The notes beneath the pieces are model-generated. The model did no database searches and had not been told where the DNA came from. It was given only the letters and a program-made list of their open reading frames with translations. Positions 55,753 to 64,000 of a stretch of 64,000 nt of DNA are shown one piece after another. The DNA comes from Bryobacteraceae bacterium (GTDB lineage Bacteria > Acidobacteriota > Terriglobia > Bryobacterales > Bryobacteraceae), in NCBI GenBank assembly GCA_049585195.1, contig JBAUZG010000199.1, positions 10,918-74,917 of the forward strand, written 5' to 3'. Position numbers and translations under genes: made by a program. Position 1 is the stretch's first letter. Every line of letters starts with the position of its first letter.

Positions 55753-58700
55753 ATGTTGAACAGGGTGAAGGGGCGCTATGTAGTCGCCATCTGCGGCTGG
55801 ATTCTATTGCTCGCGAGCGTCCGTCTCGAAGCGCAGAGCAACAACGGAACACTCACCGGTACAGTTAACGACACTTCGGGGGCCGTTATTCCCGGAGCGA
55901 CAATCCTAATGAAGAACGTTGCCAGCGGCGACGAGCGGCGGACTGTCACCAACAATGATGGATTCTTCGCTATCAGCGCCGTCCCGCCGGGCGACTACAC
56001 CGTCACCATTGAAGCGAAAGGGTTCGAAAAGCTCGAGCGAGGTGGAGTCCATTTCGACGCCGGCGACAAGCGTAACCTTTCGAATATTGCACTAGAGGTT
56101 GGCAAGTCGACCGAAACGGTTGTCGTCAGCAGCGCGGCGGAATCCGTTACGCCGGTCGATTCCGGCGAGAAGTCGGTTGTCATCAACTCCAACTTGTTGC
56201 AGAACGTTCAGATACAGGGCCAAAACGCCGCTGAATTCATCAAGATTCTGCCCGGCTTCTCTCAAATGGGCTCCCTAACGCCCTCGGCATACAACGGACA
56301 GGTGCAAGGCACTGGCGCCGGGCCGGTCGGCAGCTTCTCGGCTAACGGTCTGCGGACGGCCGCGCTCGATATTACATCCGACGGCGCGCATATCGTCGAC
56401 CCGGGCTGCAATTGCGGGCAGTCTGTGAACACGCAGGCCGACATGACGCAGGAATTGAAGGTCTTAACCTCGAACTTTGGGGCAGATAACGCCAAGGGGC
56501 CGGTGGTGATTTCGGCGGTGGGCAAGTCGGGCGGCAGCCAGTTCCACGGCGAAGCCTATATGTACGCCCGTAACAATTTCTTCGACGCCAACAATGCGTA
56601 CGACAATTCTCTCGGCTATTACGCCAACGGCCAAAAAATCGGGCCGAAGCCGGACACCTACTTCTATTACCCCGGCGGCAACATCGGCGGCCCCGTGCTA
56701 ATCCCCGGCACCAACTTCAACAAGAATCACGACAAGCTGTTTTTCTTCCTCGCGTACGAGTACTACAAGCAGCAGACCCAAGATCCCAGCCACGACGTAT
56801 TCACGTCTTTCGTGCCGACCGCCCAAATGAGGGCAGGTAACTTTACGTCGTCGTACTTGAGCACAGCTACCGCGGCGAATTCCGGCTCGGCCATCACGGG
56901 CGCTGCTACCCAGGGAATCTATGGAACTCCAACCGGGCAGATTCCGGCGAGCGAAATCAACCCCACCGGCCTGGCCATGATGAACCTTTACCCGCTGCCC
57001 AACACGAGTCCGTCTTCAAATGTGGGCGGGTACAACTATATCTACGCGACCACCCATTCCGACAATATGTGGCAGCTCCGGCCCCGCATCGACTGGAGCA
57101 TCAACGACAATACCAAGCTGTTTGTCAGCTATAACGGCCAGCGCGAGTTGAACCATAACAACAGCACATTATGGTGGGGCCTCAACCCGACCGTGCCGTA
57201 CCCATCGCCGCTCGAGGAGGGCAACACTTCGGATTCGATTTCAGCGAACCTAACGAAGGTCTTCACTCCCACCCTCACGAACGAGTTTGTCTTCACCTAC
57301 ACCAACCTGTATGTGCCCAACACTTTTGTGGATCCGGATAAGGTCGATCCGTCGAAGGTAGGCATCAATTATCAATACCTGTTCAACAACCAGCCGCACA
57401 CCGTACTGCCGGTGATGACCGGCTGGAGCGACGGCGTAGCAAACCTGCTGAATCCCAGCGGATTCCAGGCGGCCAATGGCAACTTGTACGCCAATAAGTG
57501 GTTGCCGACAGTCGCCGACAACGTGTCCTGGGTGAAGGGCGTCCACACCATGAAGTTCGGCTTCTATTGGGAGCACACTAAGAATCAGCAGCCTAGCGAT
57601 AGCTACCAGAACGGCGAGTTCCAATTCGCCAATTGGAATCAGGGTAGTACCGGTAACGCGTACGCTGACATGTTGACCGGCATCATCACCGGCTATAACG
57701 AATCGAACTACGATTACGTCCTGCCCATGCATTACACCTCGGCTTCGTTCTTTGGAATGGATTCGTGGAAGGTTACAAGACGGTTCACCCTCGACTACGG
57801 ATTACGCTTCGACCACCTTGGCCCGTGGACCGAAGACAATGGAATTGGCGCAGCGGTTTTCGACCCCAGCTTGTACAGCCCCAACGCCACGGCCGCGTCC
57901 CTTACGGGCTTCACCTGGCATGCGCGAGACAGTGCCATTCCGAATTCAGGCACCGGGTCACGCGCGTTCTTTTATAACCCGCGCTTCGGCTTGGCATGGG
58001 ACATCTTCGGAACCGGCAAAACCGTGATCCGCGGCGGTATTGGGTGGTACCGCTATCACGATGAGCAGAACGTGCAGGCCGCGGCCTTCGGCACTTCGGC
58101 CGGATCCTTCACGTACGCCGTGCCAAACCCAGCCAACAATCAGCCTTTGACGTTTGCGGGTTTGGCATCCTTAACCCCCGGTACCGCTGTGCCTGGTACA
58201 AACTCGCTCGATCCCGCCGACAGTGAACAGCCGGAGACCCGGAGTTATAGTTTCACCATTTCGGAGCGCATGCCATGGTCGTCGCTAGCGGAGGTTTCCT
58301 ACGTCGGGAATGAGGCGCGGTTCCTAAACGATTGGAATAACAACTTCGGAAACCTGAACCAGATTCCCTACGGAACCCTGTTCCAGCCGCAAAACGTCGG
58401 CATGTTCGGCCCGGCGGGCAATATCAGTAACTCGCCCAACACGACAAATCTCCAGCCTTATCCGCTCTACGGAACCATCCACGAGACCATTCACCAGCTT
58501 TATTCGAACTACAACGCGTTCCAGGCAAGTTGGAACAAACAGAGCGGCCGCATCAATTACTTGGTGAATTACACCTTCAGCAAGGCCATGGGCATTCTCG
58601 GCGAGGGTGGCAACAACGGGGTAGGCGACCCAATCAACATCAAGAACGACTACGGCCCGCTTCCCAACGACCGGTCGCAGGTCTTCAATGCTGCTTACAT

Positions 58701-59310
58701 CGTGCAGCTGCCCGACCCGATTCATTCCAACAAGCTGTTAAAGGGAGTAGTCAACGGGTGGCAAGTCTCGGGAGTCACGCAGCTCGAGAGTGGCACGCCC
58801 CTACAAGGGCAGTTAAGCTCCAACTTCGGCATGAGCGGTAATTTGCCTGCTGGAAGCTATCTGCCGAACGGCATCAACGTAACCGGTGTCGGAATCAGCA
58901 GCGACATAATCACTGGAAGCCCCAATATCAGCGCCCAACCCATCTTGACATGCAATCCTGCCAAGGGACTCGGGCCCAACCAGTTCATCAACGGCAATTG
59001 CTTCGCGCCACCAACGCCGGGAGACAATGGCACGTTCATTATGCCGTATATGAAGACGCCGCCACTGTTTAACAGCGATCTATCGCTATTCAAGAACTTC
59101 CAGATTTCGGAATCCAAGAAGATTCAGTTCCGGATCTCGGCCTATAACTTCTTGAACCATCCGTTGACTTCGTTCAATCCAGCTGGAACCGACTCGAACC
59201 TCGTGTTGAGTTTCAACTCCGCTGGAAAGCTGTCGAATCCGCAGTTCGGCTACGCGAACTACCTTTACGGCGCGCGCACCGTCCAATTCGTGTTCAAGTT
59301 CTACTTCTGA
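55753..59310 (+). CDS. TonB-dependent receptor, Oar-like
   Basis: GTVNDTSGAVIPGA, DSWKVTRRFTLDYGLRF, C-terminal RTVQFVFKFYF. Confidence 0.93.
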   Translation: MLNRVKGRYVVAICGWILLLASVRLEAQSNNGTLTGTVNDTSGAVIPGATILMKNVASGDERRTVTNNDGFFAISAVPPGDYTVTIEAKGFEKLERGGVHFDAGDKRNLSNIALEVGKSTETVVVSSAAESVTPVDSGEKSVVINSNLLQNVQIQGQNAAEFIKILPGFSQMGSLTPSAYNGQVQGTGAGPVGSFSANGLRTAALDITSDGAHIVDPGCNCGQSVNTQADMTQELKVLTSNFGADNAKGPVVISAVGKSGGSQFHGEAYMYARNNFFDANNAYDNSLGYYANGQKIGPKPDTYFYYPGGNIGGPVLIPGTNFNKNHDKLFFFLAYEYYKQQTQDPSHDVFTSFVPTAQMRAGNFTSSYLSTATAANSGSAITGAATQGIYGTPTGQIPASEINPTGLAMMNLYPLPNTSPSSNVGGYNYIYATTHSDNMWQLRPRIDWSINDNTKLFVSYNGQRELNHNNSTLWWGLNPTVPYPSPLEEGNTSDSISANLTKVFTPTLTNEFVFTYTNLYVPNTFVDPDKVDPSKVGINYQYLFNNQPHTVLPVMTGWSDGVANLLNPSGFQAANGNLYANKWLPTVADNVSWVKGVHTMKFGFYWEHTKNQQPSDSYQNGEFQFANWNQGSTGNAYADMLTGIITGYNESNYDYVLPMHYTSASFFGMDSWKVTRRFTLDYGLRFDHLGPWTEDNGIGAAVFDPSLYSPNATAASLTGFTWHARDSAIPNSGTGSRAFFYNPRFGLAWDIFGTGKTVIRGGIGWYRYHDEQNVQAAAFGTSAGSFTYAVPNPANNQPLTFAGLASLTPGTAVPGTNSLDPADSEQPETRSYSFTISERMPWSSLAEVSYVGNEARFLNDWNNNFGNLNQIPYGTLFQPQNVGMFGPAGNISNSPNTTNLQPYPLYGTIHETIHQLYSNYNAFQASWNKQSGRINYLVNYTFSKAMGILGEGGNNGVGDPINIKNDYGPLPNDRSQVFNAAYIVQLPDPIHSNKLLKGVVNGWQVSGVTQLESGTPLQGQLSSNFGMSGNLPAGSYLPNGINVTGVGISSDIITGSPNISAQPILTCNPAKGLGPNQFINGNCFAPPTPGDNGTFIMPYMKTPPLFNSDLSLFKNFQISESKKIQFRISAYNFLNHPLTSFNPAGTDSNLVLSFNSAGKLSNPQFGYANYLYGARTVQFVFKFYF

Positions 59311-59332
59311 GAGGGCAGCGCGGTCAGGTGGA

Positions 59333-59379
59333 GCGGGCCTCCGGGCCTGCCATGCCGCCATTCCTGGCGGCATCTTCTT
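59333..59379. terminator. Hairpin (terminator or REP-like) between convergent genes
   Basis: Perfect ATGCCGCCA-TTCC-TGGCGGCAT (59352-59373) followed by CTTCTT and preceded by a GC-rich imperfect hairpin. Confidence 0.6.
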
Positions 59380-59408
59380 GCGCTCGACCCAGGTCCAACC
59401 ACGAGCTC

Positions 59409-61005
59409 TCAATCTATCCGAACTGCTGGCAGCAAGCCATAAACGTCCACCTCGCCCCTCGTCCCGACGTATACATGGCCATCTGCAACCGTCGGAATAG
59501 TGAACCGGATGCCCGTTCCCGGCCGGTCGCGTTCTATCTTTTCCCGACTGTTGAATAACTCTCTTGAAATATCCGCCGCATCATAGGCGTGAAGTATAGC
59601 AGCGCTCGAGCCCGGCACATCGCATTCCACGACCCAAACAATTCCGTTCGTTGTTCCATTCGCCGAAATAGCCGGCGTTGCGCCCGGTCCATCGAACGAC
59701 TTGCTGCGATCGGCAATTCGCCAAAGCGACAAGCGCCCATCTTTGAGAACGAAATCCTTCAGCACATCGTCGCGGCACAGATAAAAGACATGTCCATTCC
59801 AATAAGCCGCAGCTCCAAACGAACCGGTGCCGCAATCGTGCAACGTCTGAACGATGCGATCTTGCGACACGTTGTATTTGCCCATATGGTCTCGATCGAT
59901 GAGGTAAATCGACTTACCCTTGCCCGCGGCCACGAGCAGACGCTGCCTCGAGCCTGGCTGTTCGGGCAGCAACATAGGCCCTCCCGATCCGAGGTCGCCG
60001 TCCTCCCGGTTCCGCCGCTCCTGGTTGAGCGGCGTAAAGTAATCCCGCACTGCTAAACCATCGCGGGCGAGCGAAAGTTTCAGGACGCTATCGCCGTAAT
60101 CGTGCCCTCCCGCGATGCCAACATCGAACACGCCATTTCCCGTCTCCAGATAAATGTTGCCCTCCTCATCCGCGGCAGGCCCGGTGTCCGATTGCCAGAT
60201 GCCGCTCTGTGCTCCCTCGGGCGCTGTGTTGAATATGCCGGTCTGTTTGAGCGTGCGCGCATCGTACGACATCACCCATCCGTAATAGCGGCCCACGTCG
60301 CACGACGAGGCCCAGGTCAAATACACCTGTCCGTTGACAAGAGCGAGCGCGCTTCTTGGGTTCTCCCGCAGCGGGCTGAACCTAACCGTGTTTTGAAACA
60401 ACCCGAAAAGCCATGTGTCTCCCGTTACCGAGCCGTCAATCGCGACCGGGCTGCCAGTTCGTTCGGTACCCGTTTGCACATCGAGCGCATGAAGCTTCTG
60501 CCACACCCGAGGCGTGCCTTCGCGATCGCGCTCTTCGGTTCTCGCCAGAACATAGATCGTCCCCGAGTGCTCATCGATTACCGGTGTCGAAGTAATACCG
60601 ACCTCGGGCCGGATGAACGGGCAGTCCACAACCTGCGCCGGAACCGGTGTCACGCCGCCCGCCGCATTCGCGAAACTGGTTTTCCACAGCGGTTCTCTTG
60701 TCTCACCCGTCGCGTCAAACGCATACACCGTGTCTGCTTCCGTTGCAATCAGCAGCAAGTTGCGGACGCCTTCGCCGGGGACGCTCACATTGGGCAGATA
60801 CAACGGCTGCGCATACACGTCGCCATCTACCGAATAAGAAAAGAGCTTGCCAAACTGCCTGGAATTCACATTGGACGGCGTGAGCAGGGTCTCCTCGAGG
60901 TTGGCTCCGGTGCGGGCATTGTTGTACTGGGAAGTCGTAATTTTAGTTTTCTGCGGAGGAGTGGCGGCGAGGAGGAAGCAGAGGAGGGGCATCGTCAGTA
61001 GCATA
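59409..61005 (-). CDS. Secreted PQQ-like beta-propeller protein
   Basis: TSQYNNARTGANLEETLLTP, VDGDVYAQPLY, GITSTPVID, DGDLGSGGP, FTIPTVADGHVYVGT. Start uncertain (61005 or 60990). Confidence 0.8.
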
Positions 61006-61051
61006 CTACATAGGATACGCCGGCCCGCTAAGCTGAAACTATCTCCCACTG

Positions 61052-61909
61052 ATGCCCCTGCGAATCGCCTACCTCATTCTCGCCCACAAATCGCCTCCGC
61101 AGCTTGTTCGCTTGGTCCGGCGCCTCGAAGGCCCCCAGCGAATTTTTGTGATCCATATCGACCGCAAGAGCACTGGCCCCGAATGGGATTCCGCGTTCGC
61201 CGCCCTTCGCCAGCCCAACGTGATCTGGGCCGAACGCGTTGCTTGTTCCTGGGGCGATTTCAGCCTGGTTCAAGCGGCGCTCAACTGCATCGAAGCATTG
61301 CCGGACTCGCCCGTCTCGTTCGATTTCGCCGCGCTGCTCAGCGGGCAGGATTACCCAATCAAACCGAACGACTACATCGAAAACTTCCTCGCCCGCCGGC
61401 GCGGCGAGTGCCTGATGTACTTCCACCGGTTCCCCTATCCGGAGTGGCAGTGGAATGGCTACCATCGCTTGCCGACCTGGCGGTTTCGCGTGGCCGGCAA
61501 AGGCCGGCGAATTATCCCTGCCCGCTTCGCGAGGGGTCTTCATCAGAAGCCGCCGCTTGGATACCACCCCTGTGGTGGCTCGCAGTGGTGGGCGCTCGCG
61601 GGAGAGGTGATCGAGTACGTTTCGAAATTTGTCCGAGCCAACCCCGAGTTCGTCGAGTATTACCGGCGCGCGCTGTTTCCGGATGAAATGATGTTCCATA
61701 CGATTGTGGGTAATTCGCGGTTCCCGGTCGAACCCGGCGACCACCACCTGCACTTCATGAAGTGGGGGAAGGACCCGAGTCCGGCTATCCTGACCGAAGC
61801 TGACCTGGCAGCTCTGCGAGAGTCTGAAAAATGCTTCGCGCGCAAATTCGATTTTGAAGACGGTGGCGCGCTGCTGGACAGCGTCGACTCAATAGCGGCC
61901 AGAGCATAA
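61052..61909 (+). CDS. GT14 (core-2/I-branching type) glycosyltransferase
   Basis: IAYLILAH, IHIDRK, WGDFSLV, LLSGQDYP, GGSQWW, PDEMMFHT, FARKFD. Confidence 0.9.
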   Translation: MPLRIAYLILAHKSPPQLVRLVRRLEGPQRIFVIHIDRKSTGPEWDSAFAALRQPNVIWAERVACSWGDFSLVQAALNCIEALPDSPVSFDFAALLSGQDYPIKPNDYIENFLARRRGECLMYFHRFPYPEWQWNGYHRLPTWRFRVAGKGRRIIPARFARGLHQKPPLGYHPCGGSQWWALAGEVIEYVSKFVRANPEFVEYYRRALFPDEMMFHTIVGNSRFPVEPGDHHLHFMKWGKDPSPAILTEADLAALRESEKCFARKFDFEDGGALLDSVDSIAARA

Positions 61910-61971
61910 CTGCTTGATCTGTAACAAAACACGCCTAGTAGGAATCAACTAATTAAAATTGTTTAATCCGA

Positions 61972-62023
61972 TGTAAAGGTTTACACTGAACCCCTTGTAA
62001 GCGCTCTCAACCTGTGATACCTT
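61972..62023 (+). promoter_or_regulatory. Sigma70 promoter with two LacI-type operators
   Basis: TGTAAAGGTTTACA (61972-61985) and TGTAAGCGCTCTCA (61996-62009); -35 TTGTAA, 17 bp, extended -10 TG-A-TACCTT. Confidence 0.65.
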
Positions 62024-62059
62024 CAGCTACAGTTTTTGTTTTGTTCAGGGGAGATGACT

Positions 62060-64000
62060 ATGCCAAGGTTGCGTAGTTTCTGTCTGTTTGCCCTGTTTGC
62101 ACTTCTGTCGAGCACGTTATTGCTCGCACAGCGCGACTTGGGCACCATTACCGGTACCGTCACAGACCAGCAGGGCGCGGCGGTTCCAAACGCAAATATA
62201 ACCATCGTTGAGGACGCTACAGGCTTGTCGTACCAGGTCCAGAGCAATGCCAACGGCGAATATATCCGTCCTCTTCTGAAACCCGGCACGTACACGATCA
62301 CAGTGCAGGGGGCCGGCTTCCAGAAAGCAGAGCAAAAAGGCATCATCGTCACCGCTGGCGACCGCATCGGCGTCAATATCGTCTTGCAGGTCGGCTCGGC
62401 AAGCCAGACCGTTGAAGTGACGGCGGCGGCGCCTTTGCTTCAGACCGAAACTACGACACAAGGCGCGGATTTGAACTCGTCGGAGATGTCGCAGTTGCCG
62501 CTCGGAGGCCAGCGCATTTTCACATTCCTGGCTCGTCTTTCGCCCGGCGTCTTGCCCGCTGAAAGCGGCGCGCGCGATGCGCTCGGTGGAGGGTTCTCGG
62601 CGAATGGCGTCCGTTCTACCGGCTCGAACAATTTTCTGCTGAACGGCGTCGACAACAACGTGAACGTCATCGACTTCATCAACCAGACTTCGTATGTGAT
62701 CGGTCCGTCGGTTGAGGCGATCGGCGAGATGCGCATCATGACGAACGGCTATAACGCGGAGTATGGCCGCGCGGCCGGCGGCGTCATCGACATCAATATC
62801 AAATCCGGCACGAACGAGATTCACGGTGTCGGATTCGAAATTCTTCAGAACACCGACCTGGACGCCAATCGCTGGGAGAACAATCTGGCTGGCACGCCGC
62901 GCGATCCGTTCAAGCAAAATCAATTTGGCGGAGCGATGGGCGGTCCGCTGATTAAAGACAAGTTGTTTATGTTTGGTGATTACCAAGGGACCAGAATCAG
63001 GACCTCAGGCGGCACCATTCAGAACCTGGGCTATGGCGGTTTCTACACCATCCCAACGCCGGAGATGATTCAAGGGAATTTCTCGAGCTTGCTTGGGAAG
63101 TCGGTCGGAAACGATCCGGCATCCGGCGTCAACGTCGTCCAGAACGAGCTTTTCGATCCGGCGAGCACAGCTTGCGTGGGCGGCGGCTCCCTTGCCTCCT
63201 GCAGTAACTTCACGCGAACGCCGTTCCCCGGCAACATCATTCCCTCAAACCGACTGGACCCGGCCTCGATGAAGATTGCCAGCCTCTATCCAGCTCCCAA
63301 CCAGCCGATCGTAAATGGGAATTATCCGGCGAACGATTACTACACGGCGACGCCCGGATCGCTCAACCAGGACCAGGGCGACGGCCGCGTAGACTATCGA
63401 TACAGTGACAACAGCAGCCTGTTTGGCAGCATAAGCTGGTCCGACACCTCAAAGGCCAGTACGCCTCCGTTCCAGGGCATTCTCGACGGCGGCAACTTTA
63501 ACGGCAGCAGCGAAGTGGATCTCAGCCGGGCGGCGCAATTGGGCTACACACATGTCTGGAGTCCGGCCATCATTACGGAAAGCCGTATCGGTTTCAGCCG
63601 GCTTGTAACGGAGCGCACGCAGGCTAACTCTACGGTTGACGCGTTCGCGGAAGCCGGCATTGGCGGCTACAATCCAACTACTACGGCCTCCCTCAACGGC
63701 GGCCTTCCTCAGATGAGCTTCACCAACTACGCTCAAGTCGGCGCGAACGACTGGCTGCCCACAAAGGAATATAACAACGTCTGGGATTTCATTCAGAATG
63801 TCTCCGTCACCAAGGGCAACCACTCGATGAAATTCGGAGCCGAGTTCCGCCCCATCCAGTTCCCGTTCTTCCAGACGCCATATCCGCATGGCGAAATGAA
63901 CTTCGCTCGTACGGAGACAGCATTCCCGTCGAATGCCAAAGACTCCGGCGGTCTAAACGGCAACTTCGCTGCTGACACGGGCGATGCGATTGCGTCGTTC
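62060..64000 (+). CDS. TonB-dependent receptor, Oar-like (runs off window end)
   Basis: Not in ORF track. Hand translation MPRLRSFCLFALFALLSSTLLLAQRDLGTITGTVTDQQGAAVPNA..NGYNAEYGRAAGG..QNQFGG; SD AGGGGAG. Confidence 0.92.
   Translation, partial: MPRLRSFCLFALFALLSSTLLLAQRDLGTITGTVTDQQGAAVPNANITIVEDATGLSYQVQSNANGEYIRPLLKPGTYTITVQGAGFQKAEQKGIIVTAGDRIGVNIVLQVGSASQTVEVTAAAPLLQTETTTQGADLNSSEMSQLPLGGQRIFTFLARLSPGVLPAESGARDALGGGFSANGVRSTGSNNFLLNGVDNNVNVIDFINQTSYVIGPSVEAIGEMRIMTNGYNAEYGRAAGGVIDINIKSGTNEIHGVGFEILQNTDLDANRWENNLAGTPRDPFKQNQFGGAMGGPLIKDKLFMFGDYQGTRIRTSGGTIQNLGYGGFYTIPTPEMIQGNFSSLLGKSVGNDPASGVNVVQNELFDPASTACVGGGSLASCSNFTRTPFPGNIIPSNRLDPASMKIASLYPAPNQPIVNGNYPANDYYTATPGSLNQDQGDGRVDYRYSDNSSLFGSISWSDTSKASTPPFQGILDGGNFNGSSEVDLSRAAQLGYTHVWSPAIITESRIGFSRLVTERTQANSTVDAFAEAGIGGYNPTTTASLNGGLPQMSFTNYAQVGANDWLPTKEYNNVWDFIQNVSVTKGNHSMKFGAEFRPIQFPFFQTPYPHGEMNFARTETAFPSNAKDSGGLNGNFAADTGDAIASF

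Noticed and set aside
62117..63889. Minus-strand ORFs of 289 and 146 aa
   Set aside because: Antisense shadows of the plus-strand TonB receptor. Other overlapping short ORFs in the track were dismissed likewise.
1..64000. CRISPR array, tRNA, rRNA, prophage
   Set aside because: No regularly spaced identical repeats, cloverleaf or rRNA signatures, cas genes or phage structural genes were seen by eye.

Overview
GC-rich bacterial DNA, probably Acidobacteriota (inferred from two PadR + ADOP permease pairs, Oar-like TonB receptors, an acidobacterial VWA protein and Solibacter-type REP-like repeats). There are two regimes. (1) About 1.9-38.8 kb is an accessory patchwork of unrelated one-to-few-gene modules: GH18 chitinase, TonB receptor, PadR/ADOP, methyltransferase, a LysR-SDR-RidA-NMO-AraC cluster, non-heme haloperoxidase, an IS66 remnant, TetR/serine hydrolase, TPR, AEC transporter, DinB and a lipoxygenase-like protein, plus many frameshifted or truncated genes and one intact tyrosine recombinase. 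Most module boundaries carry a copy or fragment of a degenerate ~115-bp non-coding element that I do not recognise (GGCCATCCGGACA..GATAA-N6-TGTA..GGCGCAGCGTTTACCGA..AAAAAGTAGGGTT..TCCATTGAG). By eye there are about 15-20 copies or fragments, often in inverted pairs around single genes. This is the main candidate for an undescribed recombinase-driven gene-module array. (2) About 38.9-64 kb looks like stable genome with intact ORFs and no copies seen: FUSC, M1 peptidase, ECF sigma/anti-sigma/Spy, wHTH-TPR, a malectin sensor - TPR - TPR - heptaheme cytochrome - VWA - Zn-ADH run, two TonB receptors, a PQQ-like propeller and GT14. No rRNA, tRNA or CRISPR array was seen. All alignments and identity counts are by hand.
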